A stretch of 64,000 nt of DNA, taken from positions 13,578,001 to 13,642,000 of the forward strand of contig OX638155.1 of the NCBI GenBank assembly GCA_951804945.1, written 5' to 3'. This DNA is from Podarcis cretensis (Eukaryota). Position numbers and translations under genes: made by a program. The notes under the pieces were generated by a model that did not search any database, was not told where the DNA came from, and saw nothing but the letters and a program-made list of their open reading frames with translations. Within the stretch, counting starts at the first letter, position 1. Each line of letters begins with the position of its first letter. Of the stretch, positions 26,046 through 38,715 are shown piece after piece.

Positions 26046-26168
26046 TAAGGTTGCCAGATTTTTTTCAATGAATCCGGGGACACTTTTCAATGTCAATGGA
26101 TTTTGCATGAGGACTGATTTGTCAATCCGGGGACTGTCCCCAGGAAACGGGGACATCTGGTAACCTTA
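26046..26168. mobile_element. hAT (Blackjack-like) MITE
   Basis: TIRs TAAGGTTGCCAGAT...ATCTGGTAACCTTA with internal CGGGGAC repeats. Confidence 0.8.
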
Positions 26169-26288
26169 CCCTAAACCCTAGAAATTAATAAATGGTAGGA
26201 TTTTGACTAATTGGGATATGAAAGGAGAAATACAAGCTACAGAGGAATTCCTGGGCTAGCTTATGAAAAATGACGTGGCTAAGCTAGG

Positions 26289-26500
26289 ACCAAGACCCTG
26301 ATGTTGGGAAAGATGGGAAAGATGGAGGGCACAAGGAGAAGGGGACGACAGAGGACGAGATGGTTGGATAGTGTTCTCGAAGCTACCAACATGAGTTTGA
26401 CCAAACTGCAGGAGACAGTGGAAGACAGGAGTGCCTGGCGTGCTCTGGTCCATGGGGTCACGAAGAGTTGGACACGACTGAATGACTAAACAACAACAAC
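26289..26500 (+). mobile_element. BovB (RTE) LINE 3' fragment
   Basis: Encodes KTLMLGK..MEGTRRRGRQRTRWLDSVLEATNMSLTKLQETVEDRSAWRALVHGVTKSWTRLND. (CAA)n tail. TSD AAGCTAGG (26281-26288 / 26501-26508). Confidence 0.95.
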
Positions 26501-26508
26501 AAGCTAGG

Positions 26509-26900
26509 GCCATTAAGAAACAATATAGGGCCATTGGCATGTAAGAAAATGTCTTTTTTCCTCCTGCCCTGAGGTATGAACAGAGGCAGGGGATCTGGAA
26601 AGTTGCCAGGGCAACTGGGCATGATGTCACACTTGAGTTTGGGGCCTTTGGCACAGCAGCAGACTTGGAATAGGCAGAATAATTTTGGCTGAAGGCAGGC
26701 TGGGAAAGATGCCTTGGACTCCAGTGCTGCATTGCTGTGGGAAGCAAGCCCCTCCTGAGATGACTGTGCTTTAAGATCTGGACTCCCTCCATCTAAACTC
26801 AGGTATAAATATGTGAATAAATCATATTTCTTAAAACTATGACAGTCTTGATTATCAAAAGAACACAGATCCTGGGTAAGCACCTGGAAACATGCCCCCC
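26509..26900 (+). mobile_element. Possible LTR remnant (host of the BovB fragment)
   Basis: TATAAA at 26804-26809 closely followed by AATAAA at 26816-26821 after a GC-richer block. Ends could not be resolved. Confidence 0.35.
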
Positions 26901-27130
26901 CCCCAATTTTGCTATGACTCAGTAGAGAGTAGGGATGGCGCCCAACTTCTGTAACCATGTATTTCCAAACACAATTCTCTACCTTCCACAGCATCTGGAG
27001 CTGGAAAAAGAAGCACCGTTTATAACACATGATCAAGATTTCAGGTCCTCAGTTCAAGGTGGTTAATTTCCCAATGTAACTAACAACTTCTTCTCTCCTT
27101 CCTGTTTTATGATACAAATTTGTAAATCAC

Positions 27131-28570
27131 CATCTTATTCTTCTTTGGCGATCACTCTTGGCTAAGAAAGATTGTCTTCCATGAACACAGCCTTAACAGT
27201 GACTCTGCAAATGACTGTGGAGGCCAGTTCTGGATCCACACGTCCATCCACATTGGGGACATAGGTTTCCAGGCAGGAGTTGATCAAGGCAAGGGTTTGC
27301 CAAACACTTATTCGTCCTGAGTTTGAGTGTCTTTAAGGTCCATGACACTTTTGGTAAAGGCTATTCTCCAATTGGAATGCTTGCAGGCCACTGTTTCCCA
27401 GTTGTCAGTGTTTATGCTACTTTTTTTTTTAGATTTGCCTTGAAGAGAGTCTTTAAACCTCTTTTGTTGACCGCCAGCATTACGCTTTCCATTTTTACCG
27501 TAAGTTTGGCGTAGAGTAGTTGTGTTGAAAGATGATAATCAGGCATCCGCACAACATGACCAGTCCAACAAAGTTGATGTTGAATAATCATTGCTTTGAC
27601 ACTGGTGATCTTTGCTTCTTCCAGTTTGCCTCTCTTCCCAAGTGACATGTAATTTTTTTCAGAGACACCATTGATGGAATCTTTTGAGGAGTTGGAGATG
27701 GTGTTTATAAGTGGTCCATGTTTCACAAGCATATAGTAAGTTTGGTAGTACAATAGCTTTGCAAACAAGCATTTTGGTTTCCCTGAGTATGTCCTCAAAG
27801 ACTCTACACTTCAGTTGGGAGAAAGCTGCACTCACAGAGCTCAGGCGATGCTGGATTTTGGCATCAGTGTCTGCCCTTGTGGAAAAATAGATGCTCAGAT
27901 AGGAGAAGTGATTGACCTTTTCCAGTGTTATACCATTATGTTTGATTAGTGGTGCTGCAGAGGGGTTGGTTTGTGCTTGTTGGTGTAGCTGGTTTTATGG
28001 ATGTTGAGTGATAGGCCAAGCTTTTCATAAGCTTCTGTGAAACTATTTAGGATGGTTTGGAGGTCATCCTCTGAGTGTGCATACACTGCATTGTCATCAG
28101 CATATTGAAGCTCTATGACAGAAGTTATGGTAACCTTACTCTTTGCTTTCAGTGTACTCAAGTTAAAGAGCTCTCCATCTGTTTGATATATGATTTCTAC
28201 CCTGGTGGGGAGTTTCCCTTCGACAATGTGTAGATTCATGGCAGTGAAAATAGTAGAGTTGGGGCAATAACACAACCCTGTTTAACACCTGATCCCACTG
28301 TGAATGGTTCACTTTGAGAGCCATTGTTACGTGTGACTCTTGCTGTCATATTATCATTAAGGAGCTGCATGATGTTCACAAATGTATCTGGGCAGCCAAT
28401 TTTCAGAAAGACAGTCCACAGGGCATTACGATTTAGAGTGTTGAAGGCCTTAGTCAGGTCAATAAACCCTATATACAGGGGTTGGTTTTGCTCTCTGCAG
28501 TGAAAATCATGTCCACTGTCCCCCTAGAAGGTCGAAAACCATTTTGGGATTCAGGAAGGGTAGCCTAGGA
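27131..28570 (-). mobile_element. RTE-clade LINE (not BovB), decayed reverse-transcriptase 3' part
   Basis: ORF pieces 27946-28275 (LFNLSTLKAKSKVT..ELQYADDNAVYAHSEDDLQTILNSF; YADD at 28093-28104) and 27412-27798 (QLCWTGHVVRMPD). Frameshifted. GAA-rich tail near 27135. Confidence 0.9.
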
Positions 28571-29856
28571 TATAGTTGCTAATATCCTACAATGAAGGGG
28601 TGCACTCACTGCTTTTGTTAATAGTGGTGGACATAAATGCAAGAACTTCTTTCAGTTGTCCTAGGAGTACAGGTGACCCCCTATTTACATGGGGATTCTG
28701 TTCCAGGCCCCCATGGATATACTACTGAGATCAGGCAATATTCCTACTGTTAGGAAGAGTGTTTAGGGGAAATGTATAAAATTAGCAATAATCGCATGTC
28801 GGATTAACGTCAATGACTACAATACTGCCACTGTGCCTTTAGACGCTTAAAAAACACCAAGAATCAATGCACACATTTAAGAACAGATTGGCAGTATCTT
28901 GAAACCACATTGCGAACCTTTTGACCCCCTTCTTGCATTTGCTTAATTATTTAAAATAAAATATTGTTTTAAAGGATTTTGACTAACCAGAAATTACTAT
29001 GCAATCATTTGATTTTTATTTTGTTTTCCGGGTCTCTCAAATTTCTGGCATATCATCAAACTTGGAGTGCTTTTTTAATTATTTGCAAATTTGGCTCCAT
29101 GAAGTGTATGGCCTATTATCATGAAGCAATAACTGGGCTATTCTTCTGTCAACATCTCATTCATATTATGCAATTGTTTAGAAATGTTTAGAGGATCGTC
29201 TCCAGTGTAATCATTTCGTCCTCTTACAAGAATGATCTTCTACTACAAATTCACTTTACAAGCCTAATCATGCCTTCAGACAAGCAACCTAAGATACCAA
29301 CCTAAATTTAGTATTCCATGCAAGTCTCTGTTTAGATCGAACCTTTTAAAAGTGAAATCTAATAGCACCATTATAATTCTGCATACGGAATCATGCTACC
29401 TGCATGAACATTTTTCTCATTATTTCCCAGAGATACAAGAAGAACCAGATTTCAGAACATTGCAGTTAAAAATCATACATATTTTAAAATGCATAAATAA
29501 TTTCTCTACTAAAATGATCCAACCAGAAGAATGACCAAAAGGTTATCCAGTAATATATTTCCACAAGTTATGTTTGTGTGACAGGACATGATCTGGGGCA
29601 CTCTCTCCATTTCCACATGCCAAAAAACTGCTTTTATTTTTCACTACATTTATTTTTCTTATCCCAGTGCATGAGAAAAAGGAGCCAAGCCTAGCAGATT
29701 CAGAAGTCAAATTATTTCATTGCCTCCACAGTTTTCACGAGTATTTGCGACATCCATTTTTGCCCACAATTCACAATCATTTTCTCTTTGCTAATAAATC
29801 ACAGCTCCACCCTGATATGTCAGAGGAGGAACACAATCCATTATCAATGCCAATCA

Positions 29857-30492
<636 letters not shown>

Positions 30493-30740
30493 GTATCCAA
30501 GAAGCTTCCTTGTTCCTGGTTTCAGGATGACCCTCTGTCTCTCCCCCCACTGGTAGATTTATCAACTTTTGACTTTTTTAAAAAGTACTGCCCACCTCCC
30601 CCTGGCTGGGCCAAGGGCGGCAGGGAGTGGGGAGGGAATGTATGAGGCTAGGGGCCAAAGTTATGGTGAACTAGGCAGCAGAAGTTCCCAGTTCATGGGC
30701 GGCCCAAATGGAATCTGGCATGCCCTAGAAAAGCCTAGCA

Positions 30741-30876
30741 CAGGCACAGGCAAACTCCAGCCCTCCAGGTGTTTGGGACTACAATTCCCATCATCCCTGA
30801 CCACTGGTCCTGTTAGCTAGGGATGATGGGAATTGTAGTCCCAAACCTCTGGAGGGCCGGAGTTTGCCTATGCCTG
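30741..30876. mobile_element. Palindromic hAT (Charlie-type) MITE
   Basis: 136-bp palindrome with a perfect 8-bp TSD GCCTAGCA (30733-30740 / 30877-30884). Confidence 0.95.
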
Positions 30877-31146
30877 GCCTAGCATGTGCCAATAAGCAAA
30901 TTTGGCAGATCTGGGTGTTGGAGGCAGTGTGCCCTCCTTAGGGAGACCCACCTAGCTGCAATACAGAAAACTTTTAGGGCTGAGGATTTCTTGGAGATGT
31001 TTTTATTTTCTGCTCCTGCTTTTATGTTGGTTGTTGTCCCCCCCCCCCTTGTGATTTGCTGTTGCATTGTTTATATTACGAGATTGTTTATTTCTGCAGC
31101 TATTTTGTTTTATCATTATTTGCAGGTATGATTTTACTGCCATTCG

Positions 31147-31490
31147 CAGACTCTCCAAGTGTCCCTATTTTCCAGGGACATCCCTGATTTAGAGAAGCCA
31201 TCCCAGTTTCTGGATTTGATCCCAGAATGTCCCACTTTTCCTTAGGATGTCCTTATTTTCACTGGTGAAATGCTGGAGGGTATGGAGTTATCTGACCCAC
31301 ATGCCATCTGAAGGCAATCCTGTATAGGTAAGATTTTTAAATGTTAAATGTTCTATTATGTTATTGTATATGTTGGAAGTTACCCAGAGTGGCTGGGGCA
31401 ACCCAGTAAGATGTGTGGGGTATAAATAGTAAAATTATCATTATGGAATAGGACGTCTGTGTTTTCATTGGAGAAATATTGGAGGGTATG
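31147..31490. mobile_element. Non-autonomous DNA transposon containing an L2 3' tail
   Basis: TIR-like CAGACTCTCCAA...TTGGAGGGTATG with TGTCCC repeats. The internal segment at ~31340-31440 matches the L2 tail. Confidence 0.6.
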
Positions 31491-32299
31491 CATTTTATTT
31501 GATTTTAAGTTGCAAGCTACTCTGGTTTCTGTTCAAAGAAAAGGAAGGGATAAATGAATAAAACAGTTGGACTACCCCTAGGGTTCATCGGCTTTCAGAT
31601 AGTACTTTCCTGTTAGCAAATGTTTTTCACTGGTCAGACTAGTGTGCAATAATAAATGGTTGGCAATGCTACCCAAAAGGCAGACTAGAAGGATTATGCT
31701 AGTTGTTGAAAGAAGGTGCAATGGAAAATATCACAAAAGATTATTTTCTTCAAATACAGTAACTGTGCTTTATTGAGAAAGGCTTTAAAAATTGATGGTT
31801 GGTGCCAAATGATGTCCAATATCTGTCTGGTTGTTCTGTGTTTTAGAGGGTTATTGCTGGCATGTGCCATTTATTATTTTAGGAAGAGGATGGAAAGGAC
31901 TTTTTCTGGTTATCGTTTCAAGTAAAGGAGGGTTTTAATTTTGTGCAGAGATCTCTTTTCTTTCAGGATTCACTCTCATTGAAAGTGCAGGCAATTCTCC
32001 CTTCACACAAGCACAGCAGGCTTAGCACATGATTGCAGCAAACATGAAACATACACAAAACCGGGACTATAAGACTAACAGACATGAGAATAAGCACCTT
32101 CTTATGCATCAGTGTGCCAAGAAATCCCAAACTCTCCAGAGGGATGTTAATAATATAAAATAAATCAATGGCTTGTAGAGAGACAAGGGGCATACCAGGT
32201 ATGCCCCAGGATATCCAAAATCAGAACAGTCTAAACAAAATAAAAAATAAAAAATTGTACAGCAGCCATGACTTGCCCAGGACAAGACTGGAGCAGCTA

Positions 32300-32652
32300 T
32301 CATCATCATCATCCTCATTTATTTATACCCCACCCTTATACTGTTTATACACTGCCCATCAGGCTGGGTTTCCCCAGCCACAGCATATATAAAAACATAG
32401 TAAAACATCAAACATTAAAAACTTCCCAATACAGGGCTGCCTTCAGATGTTTTTTAAAAGTTGTGTAATTCTTTATCTCCCTGACATCTTACGGGAGGGT
32501 GTTCCACAGGGAGGGTGCCACTGCCGAGAAGGCCCCCTGCCTGTTCCCTGTAACTTTACTTCTCACAGTGAGGGAACTGCCAGAAGACCCTCAGAAGTGG
32601 ACCTCAGTGTCTGAGCTGAATGATGGAGGTGGAGACACTCCTTCAGGTATAT
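32300..32652 (-). mobile_element. L2 LINE 3' end
   Basis: Same family as 11312-11690 and 36212-36548, with a (CAT)n/TTTATT tail. Confidence 0.85.
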
Positions 32653-33118
32653 TACTTAGTCCCTGACCAGGTTGCTGCAATGGAACTTAATGAGGTGCTG
32701 TAGGAATGCAGAAATTAAGGGCAGGTATTCAAAACAACATAGCCTTTCAGGCATAGACTTTATAATGGAAGTTTGCATAGTCTCCAGTAATTAGCTAAAG
32801 AATATGACCAGCTTCTTTCTACTGCTAGGTGCCTGACAAGACTAAAATGTGCAGTTGCCGCAGAAGAAAAATAACACAAAGCAACAAAGCCCCTTTAAAG
32901 CACAATTAGGCATAAGACTATAAACAATCATAGCTTATCCATTCATTAGTTTATCCACTTCTGCATTCAAAGAACAGTGAAGTTCTTTGTTCATATGCTT
33001 ATTTCAGAACGTTTTGCACTCTTAATTGCTTAAACTCTTCTGATTTCCTGCCTAAATATTCCACTTGCTGCTATCTCACAAAATAGTATTTTATTTAAAT
33101 AGCTCTACCTGTTATCAC

Positions 33119-33486
33119 GGTGGGACGCAGGTGGCGCTGTGGGTTAAAGCCTCAGCGCCTAGGACTTGCCGATCGAAAGGTCGGCGGTTCGAATCCCTGC
33201 GGCGGGGTGCGCTCCCGCTGCTCGGTCCCAGTGCCTGCCAACCTAGCAGTTCGAAAGCACCTCCGGGTGCAAGTAGATAAATAGGGACCGCTTACCAGCG
33301 GGAAGGTAAACGGCGTTTCCGTGTGTGACTCTGGCTCGCCAGAGCAGCGATGTCACGCTGGCCACGTGACCCGGAAGTGTCTCCGGACAGCGCTGGCCCC
33401 TGGCCTCTTAAGTGAGATGGGCGCACAACCCCAGAGTCTGTCAAGACTGGCCCGTACGGGCAGGGGTACCTTTACCTTTACCTTTT
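33119..33486 (+). mobile_element. Sauria SINE, full length, young CpG-rich subfamily
   Basis: TSD TACCTGTTATCAC (33106-33118 / 33487-33499). About 5 substitutions relative to the 16314 copy. Confidence 0.95.
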
Positions 33487-33719
33487 TACCTGTTATCACA
33501 TCTGATGGATTTATGGGAAACTAACATGCACTCCCCTAGGTGGTATTCAGTCTGTCCCCATAGTAGAAGTATCTAAACAAAGAATGAATACATTTTTGTT
33601 TAGGCGCTTGGATCATAAAGGAAATTGACTTCTGTGTGAGGTCCTACGGATTCTTATCACTGCTGATTTTACTGTATTATTTGTGATTTTATTACCGCAA
33701 GGTTGTTTTATTTACAAAC

Positions 33720-33817
33720 ACCGGCTCCCTCGGCCTATAAAGTGAGATGAGCGCAGCAACCCCAGAGTCGTTCACGACTGGACTTAATTGTCAGGGGTCC
33801 CTTTACCTTTACCTTTA
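33720..33817 (+). mobile_element. Sauria SINE 3' fragment
   Basis: CCGGCTCCCTCGGCC...GGGGTCCCTTTACCTTTACCTTT. Confidence 0.85.
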
Positions 33818-34395
33818 AGCTGCCCTTAGTAAGCTGCCTCCAGGTTGGAGGAAAGGAGGGGTAAAATATTCTCTGAATATTGTCTTTCAGACTCTCTTTT
33901 TCTCAAACCTGACCAAGCCAAACTCCTGTAATATCTGCACATTCTTTCTTAATCATTTTACAGCTGTTTCACACGTGGATTTTTTCGACGCATTCTTAGG
34001 GGGATACATACATACATCAAATTTACTTACAATCTTCTCTCTACTCACCCCCATCTACCCCCCACCTTTACTGAAAATGACAGATATTAAACACATCTCT
34101 TATTTGGTGGAAAAGAGTACCGTAGTTGGCGCTTGATTTATATTGTCCTATGAATAGATTTAGCAATAGGGGATGACAGTTCTGTCAGTCAGTTCTGCTG
34201 TTACCATTTCTCACCTCTCCTGGTGGCATCCTTATCTATTATCGATATCAGTAGAAGAGAGAGAGAGATTTCCCATAAACACCCTGGCCTCCAGCCAGAC
34301 AGGACATTGTGTAACTAGTGATTAACTGAAGAGGCAGCACATGAGATTGCAAGGGTTTGTGGTCTTAGCACCATGTCTGGAAACATAACTAAAAG

Positions 34396-34830
34396 TGTAA
34401 TGGGAATAGGGGTTGCTCGTGCGTAAATGGCCTGCTGCTCTAGGCAACGTTGTCTGGCTAAACCTTTCCCTGGCTGACAGCCCTTACTCCGTGGCTGTGT
34501 CAGTCACTGGCAGAATCCGTCAGTGGGCGTTTCCTGAACTTTTTCCAGCATAAAAGTTCTTTGACACCAAGTCTCCGCCTAGCCTCCCTGCGCAGAAGCT
34601 TTCTGTGCAGAGTGGGCGTGCCCAGTGGAGGTCCTGTGCTCTCCCCGCTGGTCTCTGTGGAAGTGTCTTGGACCCCTCTCTCCGAAGTCCTCCCAGGCTC
34701 CCCTTTCTTCCTGGTGTCACGCCGATTTCCTTCCCCACAGGAAGTGAGCTCTCTTTCCCTACTGGGTCCTTCTCCTGCATCGCTGCTGCGCCTTACCTCC
34801 TCTCCTGTCTCCAATGGCAGTTCCCTGACA
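34396..34830 (-). mobile_element. Solo LTR (Gypsy-like), 435 bp, same lineage as 30064-30492, containing a conserved ORF
   Basis: TG...CA termini with a perfect 5-bp TSD AAAAG (34391-34395 / 34831-34835). Same first 17 nt on the minus strand (TGTCAGGGAACTGCCAT) as the 30 kb LTR. Confidence 0.9.
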
Positions 34831-35258
34831 AAAAGCTTTGAAAGAAGCAATAGGCTCAGTATCAACATCTCTGTTAGGTTTCAGCCAACTCTACTAATTT
34901 TGCAGTAAACCAATGAATCAGCACAATTTCTCAAATCAAGAATAACCCTTCATATGACAGAAAAAGTCTCCAGGTTTTATACCGTTTCTAAAAGGTACTC
35001 AAAAAATAAAATAAAATGTGCAGTAGATGAACTCTGAAGAGGACACAGCCTCTTTTTATGACTGTTCCTTATACTTCTCTATCAATCTAGAATATGTGCT
35101 CTCCACAGTGTCACGGAGATCTTCAATATTGTAAGCCAGTGCTTAATACTACTAGAAATTTTCTTCCATAACTCTTTCCTCATGCAGTAAATCTTGCACA
35201 AGTGTGTAAAAGAAAGTTTGAATATATTATTATTACATGACTGAGAGTCAGCATAGAC

Positions 35259-35387
35259 CAGGGAAGGGTTTCCCCAGCAGTTTTTGGACTACAACTCCCA
35301 TCATTCCCCAGCTAGCCAGACCAGTGGTAAGGGGTGATGGGAATGGTAGTCCAAAAACAGCTGGGGACCCAAGTTTGGGAAAACCTG
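35259..35387. mobile_element. Palindromic hAT MITE
   Basis: GGACTACAACTCCCATCA...TGATGGGAATGGTAGTCC core. TSD is degenerate. Confidence 0.8.
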
Positions 35388-35477
35388 GTCTAGGGACTAG
35401 AATGTTTGACTAGGACCAAGTAGACCCAGTTTACCCATGAATCTCACTATCCAGTTTTACAAGGTGTTATGAAAATT

Positions 35478-35479
<2 letters not shown>

Positions 35480-35509
<30 letters not shown>
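35480..35509. repeat. (TG)n microsatellite
   Basis: Direct reading. Confidence 0.95.
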
Positions 35510-35511
<2 letters not shown>

Positions 35512-35513
35512 GT

Positions 35514-35649
35514 CAGGCATAGCCAAACTTGGCCCTCCAGATGTTTTGGGACTACAACTCCCATCATCCCTATCTAACAGGACCAGTGGTCAGGGATGAT
35601 GGGAATTATAGTCCCAAAACACCTGGAGGGCCAAGTTTGGCCATGCCTG
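35514..35649. mobile_element. Palindromic hAT MITE
   Basis: CAGGCATAGCCAAACTTGGCCCTCCAG...CTGGAGGGCCAAGTTTGGCCATGCCTG. Confidence 0.9.
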
Positions 35650-35804
35650 GGTAGATCATATGCAGAACCCTGAGATCCTCAAATATATGGTGTAATATAA
35701 ATGTAATAAAGAAATAAAGAAATAGACTATAAAACTACCTCTTGATCACATATAATCCTAAAGGCTAAGGCTGGACTCCAGTACAAAAAAAATGTTGTTT
35801 TTTC

Positions 35805-36154
35805 CAGTGCTTTTTTTTCTAAAAAACTGTTTAGGGGTACTCTCATTTTGACTCAAAAAAATCACTGGGAAAGAAAATGAAGCTGCCATCGGAGGTGGTA
35901 ACAACGAAACTGACCAATCACCATGCTAGATTTCAACTCCTACTTCACACATTAAATGCTCACTTCCGCCTGAGACTCAGGAAACACGTGACAGGAAATG
36001 AGGCCGCCATTGGGGGTAGCAATGGAACAGATGATTCACCGTGCTAGAGAAGAAACTATTTTTTTAAAAATAAAAAAATAGTTTCTTCTTCTGTTAGATT
36101 CACAAAATGTTTAGGGGTATGTGTACCCCTGCGTCCCCCCAGAAAAAAGCACTG
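35805..36154. mobile_element. hAT MITE (CAGTGCTTTTTT...AAAAAAGCACTG family)
   Basis: TIRs present with an imperfect 8-bp TSD (GTTTTTTC/GGTTTTCC). Shares the TTTAGGGGTA subterminal motif with 52571-53059. Confidence 0.8.
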
Positions 36155-36211
36155 GGTTTTCCCCAATAAATTGTGGTGATGACCCATTCCAATGGCACAT
36201 GTTTGTATGTC

Positions 36212-36498
36212 CACACTGAGGTCCAGCACCGAGGGCCTTCTGGCAGTTCCCTCACTGTGAGAAGCCAAGTTACAGGGAACTAGGCAGAGGGCCTTCTCGG
36301 TAGTGGCACCTGCCCTTTGGAACACCCTCCCACCAGATGTCAAAGAGAAAAATAACTACCAAACTTTTAAAAGACATCTGAAGGCAGCCCTGTTTAGGGA
36401 AGCTTTTAATGTTTAATAGATTATGGTATTTTAGTGTTTTGTTGGAAGCCGCCCAGAGTGGCTGGGGAAACCCAGCCAGATGGGCGGGGTATAAATAA

Positions 36499-36539
<41 letters not shown>

Positions 36540-36548
36540 TACTATTAT
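36212..36548 (+). mobile_element. L2 LINE 3' end with (ATT)n tail
   Basis: Reverse complement of the 11312-11690 copy. Encodes RAFSVVAPALWNTLPPDVKE... Confidence 0.85.
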
Positions 36549-36803
36549 TTACTCATCTGTGGTGCTAATTCCAGTGTACCCAAAGAGAAAGACCAAGTGG
36601 GAGCTACCCTTCTCTTAGGTACAGCTGATACAACTTCTCTCAAGCAAGCCTGCTCTGAAACATTCTTTACTGATCAAACCAAACGACAGCAACACTACTT
36701 TCCATGACGCACTAAACTCTTTCCCCAAACCATTCTAGAAGTAATTAAAGCTACAGCCAGCATGCCAGCAAATACCCTACCCTACCAAACAATAAGAAAT
36801 ATA

Positions 36804-37160
36804 AAGGTACCCCTGCCCATCAGGGCCAGTCGTGACCGACTCTAGGGTTGCGCGCTCATCTCGCTCAAGAGGCCAGGAGCCGGCGCTGTCCGAAGACACT
36901 TCCAGGTCACATGGCCAGCGTGACTAAGCTGCATCTGGTGAGCCAGCACCAGCGCCGCACACAGAAACGCCGTTTACCTTCCCGCTAGAAAGCGGTACCT
37001 ATTTATCTACTTGCACTTAGGGGTGCTTTTGAACTGCTAGGTAGGCAGGAGCTGGGACCGAACGACGGGAGCTCACCCCGCCACGGGGATTCGAACCGCC
37101 AACCTTTCGATCGGCAGGTCCTAGGTTCTGTGGTTTAACCCACAGCACCACCCGTGTCCC
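36804..37160 (-). mobile_element. Sauria SINE, full length
   Basis: TSD AATAAGAAATATA (36791-36803 / 37161-37173). Confidence 0.95.
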
Positions 37161-37286
37161 AATAAGAAATATAGGAACTAGAAATAACATTTCGCTCAGG
37201 TTGGGTGGAAAATAGCTAGTGAACCTGTTCTGCCTTTTGTCACAACTTTTATTTGTTTGATTAATTACTCTCTTTGTTCATGATGA

Positions 37287-37653
37287 GGGACGCAGGTGGC
37301 GCTGTGGGTTAAAGCCTCAGCGCCTAGGACTTGCCGATCGAAAGGTCGGCGGTTCGAATCCCTGCGGCGGGGTGCGCTCCCGCTGCTCGGTCCCAGCGCC
37401 TGCCAACCTAGCAGTTCGAAAGCACCCCCGGGTGCAAGTAGATAAATAGGGACCGCTTACCAGCGGGAAGGTAAACGGCGTTTCCGTATGCGGCTCTGGC
37501 TCGCCAGAGCAGCGATGTCACGCTGGCCACGTGACCCGGAAGTGTCTCCAGACAGCGCTGGCCCCTGGCCTCTTGAGTGAGATGGGCGCACAACCCCAGA
37601 GTCTGTCAAGACTGGCCCGTATGGGCAGGGGTACCTTTACCTTTACCTTTACC
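37287..37653 (+). mobile_element. Sauria SINE, full length, young CpG-rich subfamily
   Basis: TSD TTGTTCATGATGA (37274-37286 / 37654-37666). Confidence 0.95.
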
Positions 37654-38161
37654 TTGTTCATGATGAACAGGGGAGAATGAACAATCTCATAAAATGTTAA
37701 TCCAAGACTAGTGAGCCATCCTGCACTGACAGGGTTTTGTTTTTGTTTTGTCTTGTTTTGAAAAAAATCCCGGAGGTAATGAAAGTTTTATGCAAATCAT
37801 ACACTGTTGTTTTTAGAGAACTGAACAACTACATCTCTGCAAATCTGCAGGGGCCAGGCTGCAGTGCAAAGATGAGCATAAACAAAACCATGTTGTTTTT
37901 TTAAGTAGTGTCAGAAAAATGGCACAAGGATGCCAAAGTAAGCCTAGGGAGGTGACATTACAATGGTGAGGTGACCATCATGACATTGGGGAGTGCTTAA
38001 AAAGACAAAGTGAGCAGCAGTGTCAAGGAAAACAGGAAAAGAATGTAGGCTGTGATGGCATCAATTTTTTGGAAGCAAACTATGCACGCTAAGAAAAGAG
38101 ACAATTTGCAGCATGTTATGAAATAGCTGGAAGCCCACTGCAGAATGAGATGCCTCTTCTT

Positions 38162-38715
38162 CTTTTTTTAAAATATTCTTATTGCTCAATTTCCACATAA
38201 CAAATTGTCAAACCATATAATTATAAACCATATAAACCATATAAATTGTCAAACCTACATAATTTCACCCCTTTTTTATTCCCCTCCCCCCCAAAGGACT
38301 TCCCTCAGCTCTTCTCCGATTTCGCTGCACATATTTTCTCTGCATATTATAAAATTGTATATATCCTTACATATCTGTCCATCATGTTGTCAACAATAAA
38401 TTTGTGTATGTTTATTCAAAACCTGCCAAGGAGTCCAGTTCATTTTGTTGTGTTTTTAAATAATTTGTATAAAGTTCCCATTCTTCCTTGAAGTCACAGT
38501 TGTCCTTGTCTCGCAGTTTGTATGTCAATTTAGCCAGTTCTGCGTAGTTCATCAGTTTCTCTTGCCACTGTTCTTTTGTCAGGGTTTCCTCACTCTTCCA
38601 TCCTTGTGCTATCAAGACTATTGCTGCTTTTGTAGCATACATAAATAAGTTCCGGTTTTTCCTTGGCAGGTTTTGTCCTACAATCCCTAACAAAAATGCT
38701 TCTGGTTTTTCTACA
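38162..38715 (-). mobile_element. L1-clade LINE, 5'-truncated (ORF2 C-terminus plus 3' UTR)
   Basis: Translates KPEAFLLGIVGQNLP...FMYATKAAIVLIAQGWKSEETLTKEQWQEKLMNYAELAKLT...DFKEEWELYTNYL, with an A-rich tail. 15-bp TSD GAGATGCCTCTTCTT (38147-38161 / 38716-38730). Confidence 0.9.

Noticed and set aside
29317-29322. RBFOX element (TGCATG on the transcribed strand) downstream of the exon
   Set aside because: A single hexamer about 570 nt away is expected by chance without conservation data.
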